A stretch of DNA of 64,000 nucleotides from Armatimonadota bacterium (lineage in GTDB: Bacteria; Armatimonadota; UBA5829; DSUL01): positions 768,001 through 832,000 of the forward strand of contig JBDHZC010000001.1 in the NCBI GenBank assembly GCA_039811685.1. The letters are read 5' to 3'. Positions 1 to 8,842 of this stretch are shown piece after piece. Each line of letters opens with the position of its first letter. Position 1 is the stretch's first letter. Below the pieces are notes generated by a model that was not told where the DNA came from, did not search any database, and worked only from the letters and a program-made list of their open reading frames with translations. Both the position numbers and the translations under genes were made by a program.

Positions 1-2
1 GT

Positions 3-353
3 GAAGCGCGCTCTTACAAGGAGCTTTCCGAGCGTCTGAAGACTCTGGCGAAGATCGACACAGCGCCATCCACCGCAGAATCTTCGATCGAATGGACGCT
101 CAAGATGCCCTACCCGCCATCGGCTGCCTACGCCGTCTTTACCGGCGACGGGAAGATAATCTCCGTCACAAACATTACACCCTTCAGAGTGACAATCCAC
201 CCAAAAGACGTTCCGCGCATACTGAGTGCGGAGATCATCGGCTCCGACGGGCAGACGCTTGAGACGCGCACTGGGAAGATCACACTTTCGGGCGGCAAAC
301 TCACTGTAGTCGAGTCATCGAACCGCCACGCAAACCTTTCCACCAGTTCCTGA
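3..353 (+). CDS. 3' end of a hypothetical protein (5'-truncated by the window edge)
   Basis: The frame of ORF 105..353 stays open back to position 3 (EARSYKELSERLKTLAK...MPYPPS...); stop TGA at 351-353. No family recognised. Confidence 0.6.
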   Translation, partial: EARSYKELSERLKTLAKIDTAPSTAESSIEWTLKMPYPPSAAYAVFTGDGKIISVTNITPFRVTIHPKDVPRILSAEIIGSDGQTLETRTGKITLSGGKLTVVESSNRHANLSTSS

Positions 354-495
354 CCACCGCTTTGCGCTGTATAAATCCACCGTAGAGCGATACGTCTTTT
401 TGGGGATGATATACACCGCACAGACACGGGCTCAAGGCGGCCGGATGAATCGGCGGCAGGACATCTCGGCGTCGGGACAACGCCACTCCACAAAC

Positions 496-522
496 AAAAA
501 AGCCCGCCAGCTACTGGCGGGC
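496..522 (-). terminator. Intrinsic terminator of candidate sRNA 1
   Basis: Minus strand GCCCGCCAG-TAG-CTGGCGGGC-TTTTTT: perfect 9-bp GC-rich stem followed by U6. Confidence 0.8.
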
Positions 523-570
523 AATTCAGATAAACATCTGACAAAAGGAGAAAAGATTGTCGGTTTCCAG
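496..570 (-). ncRNA. Candidate small RNA 1 with anti-SD CU-rich loop
   Basis: Minus strand GACAA-TCTTTTCTCCTT-TTGTC stem-loop, an overlapping TCAGAT-GTTT-ATCTGA hairpin, then the terminator. Shares the core ATCTTTT(T)CTCCTTYTGTCA with the neighbouring unit. 5' end is approximate. Confidence 0.5.
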
Positions 571-624
571 CCGTATATTCGGCAAAAGCGCACCGCGTCT
601 TCACAAGGCCTTGTGCATCGCGAC

Positions 625-658
625 AAAAAAAACCGCCTGCGCAAAATGCGCAAGGCGG
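625..658 (-). terminator. Intrinsic terminator of candidate sRNA 2
   Basis: Minus strand CCGCCTTGCGCA-TTT-TGCGCAGGCGG-TTTTTTTT: stem with one bulge followed by U8. Confidence 0.8.
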
Positions 659-705
659 ATAGTCAAACTCTATGACAGAAGGAGAAAAAGATATTTGGTT
701 CTCAC
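625..705 (-). ncRNA. Candidate sigma54-dependent small RNA 2 with anti-SD CU-rich tract
   Basis: Lies between a consensus -24/-12 promoter (716-731) and a terminator (625-658). Contains a TGGT-GAGA-ACCA hairpin, ATCTTTTTCTCCTTCTGTCA and a GTCA-TAGAGTT-TGAC hairpin; no credible ORF. Confidence 0.55.
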
Positions 706-715
706 CACTAATAAG

Positions 716-731
716 TGCAAGATTTGTGCCA
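716..731 (-). promoter_or_regulatory. Sigma54 (RpoN) -24/-12 promoter
   Basis: Minus strand TGGCACAAATCTTGCA matches TGGCAC-N5-TTGCW with exact GG-N10-GC spacing. Confidence 0.7.
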
Positions 732-890
732 TTCTGCAGTCTGGGGCGAAATTCGGCGAAAAAAGCGCCGTACAGTCCTGACTACGGAAGTCTGAGTGGC
801 AGTGCAAATCGAGAAGACTCTCAAGTGGCGCGGACAGCGGACGAACCCGAACTCTCGGCCCGGTCGCACAGTTGACTTCTTATGCGCAGA

Positions 891-1832
891 TTATGGCTTT
901 GGAATCTCGATCAATCTCAGAGACCGGGCGACAGACTGTAGAGTCGCTGGTTGGACTCCTCCGCTGAGAACTGCCAGGCACTGCCCAAGATTGACAGTCA
1001 GGACGGGTCCCGTCGAACCGGAAGCCAGAACGGCAGCTCTGCCGTCAATCTGCAGGCGGTGTCCTGCAATAGCAGACATCTGGAACGCTCCGGCAGGCTG
1101 CAGCAGGAGATGGATTTCTTTGGCGCCGGCGGCGTAGGTGATTAGAAGTTGCTCCGGTGTTGACAGCTTTCCATCGGAAGCCAGCCCTTTCGGCGTATAG
1201 GAAACGGTCTTCAAATAGAAGTACTCCGGTAGCTTTGCGGGTTCGTAGACCGGGAAGCTGGCCTGTTGGGCAGCATCGCGCAGTCCAGCCGGGACCGGCT
1301 TCTGTGAATCGTCAACTCGGGAAGCGCCAGTGCCTGGCTTCACCTTCTGTAAGGATTCCGCAACCGTTCGAAGAGTCAGAAGCGCGTCATTTGTCGTCAT
1401 GCCTGCCTTGCCGCGCAGTCCAATCATGACAGCGACTCCTTCGCGAGTGACGGTAAGGTCCACCAGTGTGGCGCCATCTTCGCTCTTGCTGACCTCGTAA
1501 GGCGCAGGAGATCCGGCGATGTCAATGGTTGGGCAGTCCGGACAATCCAGCCCTTCCGGGGAGGATTCCATAAGAGTGATCTCCCTTCCGTCATTGCTGA
1601 AATAGGTAACTATAAGCATGTCCTCCGGGGCGGTGACAAGCTGGAGGTCACTGAAGGCAAATCCCTCTGGTATTGTGGCAGGGCGATAGAGGGGCAATCC
1701 GATACGGGAGGCAGCCGAGATAAATGGATCAGGGGCCACCGCCGCGGATTCGGATCCAGCCGCTCCGGCGGCCGGGACAAACAACTGGGCAAGTGCCAAC
1801 CACATTAGTGCTAACGTGAAGGAGATCCTCAT
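891..1832 (-). CDS. Exported hypothetical protein with two DUF4367-like repeats
   Basis: Signal peptide; two similar modules LPLYRPATIPEGFAF...ITLME...IDIAG and FPVYEPAKLPEYFYL...IHLLL...LQIDG, each ending L.(T/S)VA.SL. Confidence 0.65.
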   Translation of the reverse strand: MRISFTLALMWLALAQLFVPAAGAAGSESAAVAPDPFISAASRIGLPLYRPATIPEGFAFSDLQLVTAPEDMLIVTYFSNDGREITLMESSPEGLDCPDCPTIDIAGSPAPYEVSKSEDGATLVDLTVTREGVAVMIGLRGKAGMTTNDALLTLRTVAESLQKVKPGTGASRVDDSQKPVPAGLRDAAQQASFPVYEPAKLPEYFYLKTVSYTPKGLASDGKLSTPEQLLITYAAGAKEIHLLLQPAGAFQMSAIAGHRLQIDGRAAVLASGSTGPVLTVNLGQCLAVLSGGVQPATLQSVARSLRLIEIPKP

Positions 1833-1900
1833 TACAGTCCTCTCAGGCGTAGTGGCAAATCAAAGACTAAGACGCACAAACTGCTGTCGGGTTCTCTGTA

Positions 1901-3637
1901 TCACCAACCGGCCACAGACCCGACCTCCGTACGGCTGCTAATTCCCGCTATGAGTTTACCAGGCATCACCTCAATCATCGAAGGCTGTCCATGGCTGTAG
2001 GCGTCCTCTACGTCCACTTCGTGACCACGCGCCTGAAGCCCTTTCAGTACGTCCAGTGGGAGGCGTGATTCACAAGCGACGAGTTTTGCAAAACTGGACC
2101 GGGGATAGAACGAGCTCGGAAAAGAGCGTACGGTGACCGTTGGAGCGTCTAGAGCCTCCATCAGCGGCATGTCTTTCTCTACGATGTTCAGGAATGCCTG
2201 TAGAGTCCACTGATCCTGTCCGTCTCCGCCGGGAGTGCCAAATACGAGCCATGGCCGCCCATCTCTGAAAGCCATGGACGGTGATAAAGTGGCTCTCGGG
2301 CGCTTGTGAGGAGCGTAACAGTTGGATCGAGAGGAATCCAGATAGAACATCTGGCCTCGCGTACCGAGGGCAAAACCCAGTCCGGGGATGACGGGCGAAC
2401 TCATAAGCCAGCCTCCGGAGGGCGTAGCAGAGACGCAGTTGCCGTGCCTGTCCACAACATCGAGGTGAGTCGTGTCGCCTGTGTGGCCGGCAGGCCCGCT
2501 GGGGCGCCCGTCACCGGCGGTGATATCTATATCTGGGACAAAGCCGCGTCCATCCGGATTTCCAGGGTGCACGGTGGGTGCTGCCACTTCTCCGATGAGA
2601 GCCCGCCGGTCTGCGTTGTACGAATCGGACAGCAACTCGCTTATTGGCGCCTTATCGTGGTCAGGGTCTCCGTAGAAGGCTTCACGGTCCGCAAAAGCCA
2701 ACCGAGCGCACTCAACTACTGTATGCCAGTAGTCCGGCTCAGGCATAGCCCGCAGATCAAAGCCCTGCAACAGCGCAAGCTGCTGCAGAAAGACCGGACC
2801 TTGCGTCCACGGCCCGCACTTGGCCACCCTAACGCCGCGATACTCGAAGCTGACCGGGGCAGACAGAGCTGGCTTCCAGCGCGCCATATCGTGCTGACTG
2901 AGAAAGCCGCCGTGCTCCCGTCCCGTTGAGTCCAGGACACGCCAACGCCTGCAAAACTCTTCGACGATGCGAGCGCACGGCCCACTGTAGAACCAGTCGT
3001 ACGCAGCCTGCAATCCGCTCACACGGTCGAGCCTGGCAGCAGCCTGATTGCGCAACGCGCGCAGTGTATCAGCCAACTCCGGGAACTTGACACGCTGGCC
3101 CACTTTGGGGGCGCGGCCATCCGTAAGATACACGGACGCAGAAAAGGGCCACTGCTCCCGAAACCGCTGTTCGCACCCTTCAATGGCTTCGGCGAGTCTG
3201 CCATACACCGCGAAGCCGTGCTCGGCCAGATCAATCGCTGGCTCCAGAATGCGGCCAAGCGGCATCGTGCCGAACTGCCGGAGAAGAAACAGCCAAGTCC
3301 CGGGGAGAGATGGGACCGTCGCAGGAAGCAATCCATCTCCGGGAATAAGCGCGATGCCCTGCTCCTGAAACCATTCGAGCGTCAACCCTCGCGGCGAGAA
3401 GCCCTGGCCCGAAGTTTGATACGTCTGCCCGTTGATGTGGACAAGGACCGGACACTCACCGCCAAGGCCATTCTGATGTGGCTCCAGAACTGTCAGGCAA
3501 AAGCTGGCCGCGGCGGCGGCGTCTACAGCATTACCGCCCTCGTCCAGAATATCGTGCGCCGCTATTGTCGCCAGGTAGTGACCAGTAACAACAGCATGCG
3601 ATCGGGCGTGGAACTCAAGACGAGACATAGCGGCCAT
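1901..3637 (-). CDS. ggt: Gamma-glutamyltransferase family protein
   Basis: GGNAVDAA, EPHQNGLGG, nucleophile motif GDTTHLDVVDRHGN, RPRATLSPS, GTPGGDGQ. Confidence 0.9.
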   Translation of the reverse strand: MAAMSRLEFHARSHAVVTGHYLATIAAHDILDEGGNAVDAAAAASFCLTVLEPHQNGLGGECPVLVHINGQTYQTSGQGFSPRGLTLEWFQEQGIALIPGDGLLPATVPSLPGTWLFLLRQFGTMPLGRILEPAIDLAEHGFAVYGRLAEAIEGCEQRFREQWPFSASVYLTDGRAPKVGQRVKFPELADTLRALRNQAAARLDRVSGLQAAYDWFYSGPCARIVEEFCRRWRVLDSTGREHGGFLSQHDMARWKPALSAPVSFEYRGVRVAKCGPWTQGPVFLQQLALLQGFDLRAMPEPDYWHTVVECARLAFADREAFYGDPDHDKAPISELLSDSYNADRRALIGEVAAPTVHPGNPDGRGFVPDIDITAGDGRPSGPAGHTGDTTHLDVVDRHGNCVSATPSGGWLMSSPVIPGLGFALGTRGQMFYLDSSRSNCYAPHKRPRATLSPSMAFRDGRPWLVFGTPGGDGQDQWTLQAFLNIVEKDMPLMEALDAPTVTVRSFPSSFYPRSSFAKLVACESRLPLDVLKGLQARGHEVDVEDAYSHGQPSMIEVMPGKLIAGISSRTEVGSVAGW

Positions 3638-3704
3638 TTCGCCACTAGTTTAGCACACGGATGCGGGAGTGCGAACGCCTCGCCGCGCGGTTCGGGCGCA
3701 GAAC

Positions 3705-4412
3705 TCAGCTGCTGCCAAAGACTGGAATGACTGCGCCACTGGTGGCCTTCGAGCGGTCCTCGCAAAGGAAGAGAATGAGCTCCGCAATCTGACGAGGGCT
3801 GACCCAGCGGGAAAAATCCGAATTTGGCATTGCGGCCCGATTGGCGGGAGTGTCAATTGTGCCGGGGAGAATGCAGTTTGCGCGGACACCATCGCTTTTC
3901 ATTTCCTCCGCCAGCGTACGGGTAAGCGCTACAACCGCAGCCTTCGAAACAGCATAGGGAACCAGATGGGGCGAAGGTTCAACGGCAGCGCGCGCTCCCA
4001 CTGTAACGATACTTCCCCGCGAGGCTTTCAAAAGAGGCGCCAGGGCCCTGCAGGCAAGAAAAACCGTCTTGGCATTCAACTCCAGCATCCGGTCCCAATC
4101 CTGTTCAGGTGTGTCCTCAATGGCGTGACCGCCAGTGAATCCACCGGCAAGGTTGACCAGCGCGCTGACAGACCCAAAGCTGCGCCTGGCCATGCTGGCG
4201 ACTTTGGACAGTCCGTCTGCGCTCGTAAGGTCCACGCGCACGCCCTGCAGACCTGTAGACAGATCTCCGACGCCGTCTTTGAGCGCTGCCATCCCCTTTT
4301 CGTCCAGAAAAGTGACAAGCGCCTGCCAGCCAGAGGCCAGAAACGCACGGGTTACTACGGACCCTAGTCCACCAGTCCCTCCGGTGATCACAACGGCTTT
4401 GGTGAGAGGCAT
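3705..4412 (-). CDS. SDR family NAD(P)-dependent oxidoreductase
   Basis: TGGTGGLG Rossmann motif, VNLAGG, catalytic YAVSK, PGTIDTPANR. Confidence 0.9.
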   Translation of the reverse strand: MPLTKAVVITGGTGGLGSVVTRAFLASGWQALVTFLDEKGMAALKDGVGDLSTGLQGVRVDLTSADGLSKVASMARRSFGSVSALVNLAGGFTGGHAIEDTPEQDWDRMLELNAKTVFLACRALAPLLKASRGSIVTVGARAAVEPSPHLVPYAVSKAAVVALTRTLAEEMKSDGVRANCILPGTIDTPANRAAMPNSDFSRWVSPRQIAELILFLCEDRSKATSGAVIPVFGSS

Positions 4413-4424
4413 CAGAATAACCGC

Positions 4425-4829
4425 CTACTCTTCGTCATCGCCAAATCCCGGGCCCTGATCGTCATCTACCTCCACGAGCTCCAGACACTCCTGGACAAGA
4501 TCGTCATACTCGTTGTAGTCGCTTTCGGTAATATAGACGCTGGCTTCAGTGGGGGGAATCAGGCTGTTTTCAGATTCCGACTGAACGACGCCGTTTATGC
4601 CACGGTCTTTCAACGCATTGACCACTATATTGGCGGCGTAGGGAGGCCCACTGTAGATCTCAATCAGATCTCCGGTGTCCTCAGTTTCCTCTTCATCTTC
4701 ATCTTCCACGGCGTCTTCGTCATCAGGAAGAAGCTCATCCGCCTCTTCCTCCATCAGTTCCACACCGCAGTCACTACATTCAGCGGTACCCTTGCGAAAC
4801 TCGGCTCCACATTCCGGACAATATGGCAT
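4425..4829 (-). CDS. Zinc-ribbon plus DUF2007-like acidic protein
   Basis: N-terminal CPECG...CSDCG, acidic linker, ANIVVNALKDRGI segment typical of DUF2007; RBS AAAGGGGG. Confidence 0.7.
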   Translation of the reverse strand: MPYCPECGAEFRKGTAECSDCGVELMEEEADELLPDDEDAVEDEDEEETEDTGDLIEIYSGPPYAANIVVNALKDRGINGVVQSESENSLIPPTEASVYITESDYNEYDDLVQECLELVEVDDDQGPGFGDDEE

Positions 4830-5025
4830 GATGCATCTAACCCCCTTTGTGGGTCCGACTGGCCCACTGTCATTGCGGAAACTGGAATAAAATACCCAAT
4901 CCTTACCATCACCGCAACTCGGGATTAGTAAACCAGGCGCCCACAGTTTTTGCCATAGAAAACCTGAAGTTGACTATCCGGCCCTGGATGGACGCGACAG
5001 AGCCGCTCATGTCCGCAGAAATGCG

Positions 5026-7257
5026 CTACAACTCGTGTATGTTACTCGCAGACACAGGTTTGACCGATGGCACGTAGCCGCCTCCATCCAGCACCGTGCC
5101 GAGTGGACCATCGACGGCGACGAATAAGCCTGCGCCCGGTGTGTACCCGGCCGGTGTTGTCACTGCCAGCCCATCGCCGGGCACACTTCCATCGCTGATG
5201 AAGAAATGGTCGCTCTCAATGCGCGTCACCTTGCCTGAGACACCAACCAGAAGCCCGGCAGCGCCGAGACCATCCAGTCCGTTAACAGCTTCGCGATTTG
5301 TCATCAGCAGCGGAACAAGCGGATCGCCAGTTGGCCCGTGGCTGCTCCACTGCGCAACAAGGACTCTCTCCTCGTTGACAGTCTGGAGCACACCCTGCAG
5401 GCTCATCCGCTCCCCGATAGCAACCTGAATTGGAGAGTTCACACGCAGACCGGCAGCGCGGTCTGGTTGTTCAACGTAGTAGTGATCTGGAAAGGAAGCC
5501 GTGACAACAGCACTGCCGATTGTGAGCGAGGAAGCATCTGGCAGTGCTCTAGCCTGACCTGTGGAGATCGAGTTTGTGACGGTGATGCGCGAGGTTTTGT
5601 CCTTTTTGCCAACGGCATCCGTGGCCTGCACAACAAAGCTACCCAGACCCCTGGCAGTAACAAGACCGGCGGCATCTATTGTCGCGACAGTCCCGGCTGG
5701 CGCCGCAGCATTGCCGGGGTCACGCTCATCAAGAATCTCCCAGGCAGCGGCAGTTCCGTTCTTGAGCACAAAAGGCCGGTAGCCGTGTAGCGGGACGCTG
5801 CCAGCGTCTGGTTCGACACGCGGGAAGTCAAAGCGCGTGTTCCCAACATAGACATCATCAACGAAAAATGATCCGACGCCGTAATCCTGAAAACGGATAA
5901 ACCCGAGCGGGCCATTCGCGGCAGAGGCATCCTGCGGAAGAACGCCAATGGCGTACTGCCTGCCGTCCACATAGACATTGTAGCGCTTTACGTTGTAGTC
6001 AATACGGATGGAGATGCGGTACCACTGACCCAGACTGTAGCTGGTCATGTAGGAGTATGCGCCACCGCCGACTCCGTTGGAATTCCAGTAGTTGATTCCT
6101 CCGCCGTTCAAAAAGGCGACCGTGCCAAGCAGCGATGACGCACTGTTACCGAAGTAGCACAGTCCGCCGCCCTGCCCCGTTTGACGCTTGGCCCAGAAGT
6201 CTATCCACTGGACTTTGTCATTGGTGCTCGTGTACGTCTTGTCCGCGTAGGCCTGATCCAGCTCCAGCGCCTGTGTGCCCGAGTGGACGTGCGCGGCCTG
6301 CACGGCTGTAACAGTTCCGGCACGGCTCCATCCCTGTTGGCCGGAAATATCACCAACCTGATAGTCCGGTCCCTCAAAGCCCGTACCCAGCGCAACGGTC
6401 GGATTCGGCCCGGGGTCGAAGGTGTCCCACACCGCAATCGCATCGGCCACTTTGCGCTCCGCGCCATCGGAGGGTGTATTGACGACTGAGCCTCCCAGAT
6501 AGAACGTAGAGGAACCGCCGGAGTCAAAACCCATTCCGTCCCACGCACCCAGCTCAATTAGAAAAGCGCCCAGCTCCGGCCCGGTCATGCCCACGCTGAA
6601 GCCGGGAAGACGCCCGTCCACAACAGCCAGAATCAGCTTGGTCTTATCCTGAGATATTCCAAGAGCGGTGCGCGGATTGCGAGCGTAAGCGTCCGGAAGT
6701 CCAGAAGTGTTCTCAATGGCCACCATTCCATTTCTGACAAGGCGCGGCCCACCACTGGCAACATTGAACATCCACGATGGCACTGAATAGGGAAAAGTGC
6801 TGGCATAGACGCCCATGAAGCTCTCGAGAGTCGTTCCGTTCATCGCCCACGAGAGACGCCCGTTGACAAACCCGCCCACCTGCAAGCCATCCATCAGTGC
6901 CAGGCCCTGCGGCTGGTGATCCTGCGCAGTTCCAAACTGGAAGTAGTCCGCGTTAATGGCGGCAAGCGCTCCATGCCTGGATGCCATTCCGCGAACGGTC
7001 TCCCCACCGTCTGGCCCGGAGGTCTCATTCTTGACCAGGGTTCCAACGCGGACATGAGGATTTGTCACGTCTACAACAAGAGCGTGGATGCTCCAGGGTG
7101 TAGATGTGGTTCGATGGAGGTACTGGACGCCCGGAACGACTTGTGTCCAGGTGTCAGTGGCGCCGGCAAAACCCGTTGGAATGAGCGCCAGAAGAGCTGC
7201 GATAAACAAGATGCGACAGACTCGCATGTCTGCAGCCACGTAGCCGGTTTGAGACAT
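5026..7257 (-). CDS. Secreted phosphodiester glycosidase (NAGPA/DUF2233) family multidomain protein
   Basis: AINADYF, GGPRLVRNG, RNPRTALG, VDGR, FDSGGSST; followed by a LamG-like beta domain, an Ig-like segment and a C-terminal OB-like module. Confidence 0.8.
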   Translation of the reverse strand: MSQTGYVAADMRVCRILFIAALLALIPTGFAGATDTWTQVVPGVQYLHRTTSTPWSIHALVVDVTNPHVRVGTLVKNETSGPDGGETVRGMASRHGALAAINADYFQFGTAQDHQPQGLALMDGLQVGGFVNGRLSWAMNGTTLESFMGVYASTFPYSVPSWMFNVASGGPRLVRNGMVAIENTSGLPDAYARNPRTALGISQDKTKLILAVVDGRLPGFSVGMTGPELGAFLIELGAWDGMGFDSGGSSTFYLGGSVVNTPSDGAERKVADAIAVWDTFDPGPNPTVALGTGFEGPDYQVGDISGQQGWSRAGTVTAVQAAHVHSGTQALELDQAYADKTYTSTNDKVQWIDFWAKRQTGQGGGLCYFGNSASSLLGTVAFLNGGGINYWNSNGVGGGAYSYMTSYSLGQWYRISIRIDYNVKRYNVYVDGRQYAIGVLPQDASAANGPLGFIRFQDYGVGSFFVDDVYVGNTRFDFPRVEPDAGSVPLHGYRPFVLKNGTAAAWEILDERDPGNAAAPAGTVATIDAAGLVTARGLGSFVVQATDAVGKKDKTSRITVTNSISTGQARALPDASSLTIGSAVVTASFPDHYYVEQPDRAAGLRVNSPIQVAIGERMSLQGVLQTVNEERVLVAQWSSHGPTGDPLVPLLMTNREAVNGLDGLGAAGLLVGVSGKVTRIESDHFFISDGSVPGDGLAVTTPAGYTPGAGLFVAVDGPLGTVLDGGGYVPSVKPVSASNIHEL

Positions 7258-7474
7258 AGACTAACCCCTTGCAGTCTTCGAAAACTGGTGTCACAGACAG
7301 CGGGCAGTGCGCTCGCCCGCTCCATATTCCTATTGTAACATGAGCGTTTCCATACACCGGCACATCTTTGTCAAAATAGTTTTATATTTCCAAGGTCCGG
7401 TCTCCACGCTCCATTGAGCACGGGAATACGGTCAGCAAATTTACCTGTTTTGCCTAAAATCGTGTGAAGACTTC

Positions 7475-7504
7475 TGGACAAAACTCGGTCGGAGGGTTTA
7501 TACT
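7475..7504 (+). promoter_or_regulatory. Sigma70-type promoter of PEP-CTERM gene 1
   Basis: TGGACA-N18-TATACT; the first 16 nt (TGGACAAAACTCGGTC) are identical to 9881-9896. Confidence 0.6.
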
Positions 7505-7675
7505 TCGGATAGTCAGCAAGTTGCAGGATAGCCTGTGGCTGCTGTGAAGCCAGCCGAGAAGTGGCAGGGCTGCCGATATGTGCAAGCCGTGGTCGCCGTA
7601 ACGCTCCGCAGAGAGCGATCTGGTTTCCACACCTCCACGGTCTCGATGGAGAGATATCAGTAGAAGGAGAGAGAA

Positions 7676-8380
7676 ATGAAACTGTCTCGTTTTGGTATGT
7701 TAGTTGCAGCCGCGGCTGCAGTTATGTCAATTTCCAGCGCAGCCCATGCGTGGAACTATGGTGATTCCTGGGTCATTCCTCTTGACCCCAATAAGACCTG
7801 GAACGGCGAAGCCGGGCTTCAGGGCAATGGGTGGAACCTTGAGACCAGTGGTGGGGCAGCCGAGAACGGCGGTCAGTACTGGTGGAGCTCTAACTATGAG
7901 TCCACCCGAATCGCCCGTTATTTCTTTGACGCTTCTATCACAGGCGGCGACGCGCCGACATCTGCCGAGAAGTTCATAATTCAGACGTGGGTTCCAGCAG
8001 CGCATGCGAATGCGTACAACGTCATTCAGGTGAGCTTTGACGGCATGAGCAGCGAAGAAGGGATTATGAACCCGAATATCCCGTGGGGGGGCCAATTCGG
8101 CACCAACCATCAGTGGATGGATCGCCATCAGGGCAATCAGGGCAAATGGGTTCTGGCTGGGCCAAATCCTCAGAGCCCTGGCACCGTTGACGGCAAGGGC
8201 TTCGTTTATGCCAAGCAGGGCAGCTATTTCTACGTGTCAACCTACGGCTTCTATGGCCCGACTGATCAGTACGCTGTAAGCGCGATCAAGGTGACAGTCG
8301 TTCCTGAGCCGGGAAGTATTCTGGCGCTGGGTGGCAGTCTGCTTTCGATGGCCGGACTGGTCATTCGCCGCCGCAAGTAA
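7676..8380 (+). CDS. PEP-CTERM sorting-domain surface protein (paralogue 1)
   Basis: Signal peptide ending AHA; C-terminal VPEPGS + hydrophobic helix + RRRK; SD AGAAGGAG. Confidence 0.9.
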   Translation: MKLSRFGMLVAAAAAVMSISSAAHAWNYGDSWVIPLDPNKTWNGEAGLQGNGWNLETSGGAAENGGQYWWSSNYESTRIARYFFDASITGGDAPTSAEKFIIQTWVPAAHANAYNVIQVSFDGMSSEEGIMNPNIPWGGQFGTNHQWMDRHQGNQGKWVLAGPNPQSPGTVDGKGFVYAKQGSYFYVSTYGFYGPTDQYAVSAIKVTVVPEPGSILALGGSLLSMAGLVIRRRK

Positions 8381-8471
8381 ACAACTTGTTCGAACCAGAG
8401 CTGTCGGCTCGGAGCTGAATCTGAGCCGGCAGAAACTCCTTCCAGGCCACCCTTCGGGGTGGCCTTTTTTT
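8294..8471 (+). repeat. Direct repeat copy 1 (PEP-CTERM tail + 3'UTR + terminator); copy 2 at 9458-9635
   Basis: 8294-8387 is identical to 9458-9551 (94 bp); near-identity continues to the U-tract. Confidence 0.9.
8444..8471 (+). terminator. Intrinsic terminator after PEP-CTERM gene 1
   Basis: AGGCCACCC-TTCG-GGGTGGCCT-TTTTTT. Confidence 0.85.
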
Positions 8472-8646
8472 CCTGAGCCTGGCCTGACAGCCTCTGGCCA
8501 ACTATCTTTTGCTGTCGGTCCACTCAGATCGTGACAACCGGCCGCCTCAAAGAGAACGGTTTTGTTCATTGCCTTCCATGAAGCGATCTGTGACGATTTA
8601 CAGGTACGCAAGTGTACGGGTTTTGTCTCGATATCGTGACATCTTC

Positions 8647-8676
8647 TGGCTCAAACCTGGCCGAGCGGCGTATAAT
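8647..8676 (+). promoter_or_regulatory. Sigma70-type promoter of PEP-CTERM gene 2
   Basis: TGGCTC-N18-TATAAT, positionally homologous to the promoters of paralogues 1 and 3. Confidence 0.5.
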
Positions 8677-8842
8677 TGGGTTATGTGTTGGGTTCGGACG
8701 TGGCCAAACAGCGGACCGTAGTTTGCGGCGCCTGCCCAGAGTCCAGTTATTGGCTTGACAAGGTTAACAGCGCTGCGCAGATGGCGCGCCGGCCTCCGAG
8801 TCTTTCGTTTTCAGACGCAGTTATCAGAAGAAGGAGAATGAT

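Noticed and set aside
557..781. 74-aa plus-strand ORF (TTG start) behind AAGGAG, and other short ORFs in 400-875
   Set aside because: It runs through minus-strand terminator hairpins and the sigma54 site, has basic low-information composition and no recognisable motif. The AAGGAG is better explained as the complement of the sRNA seed, though this is not formally excluded.
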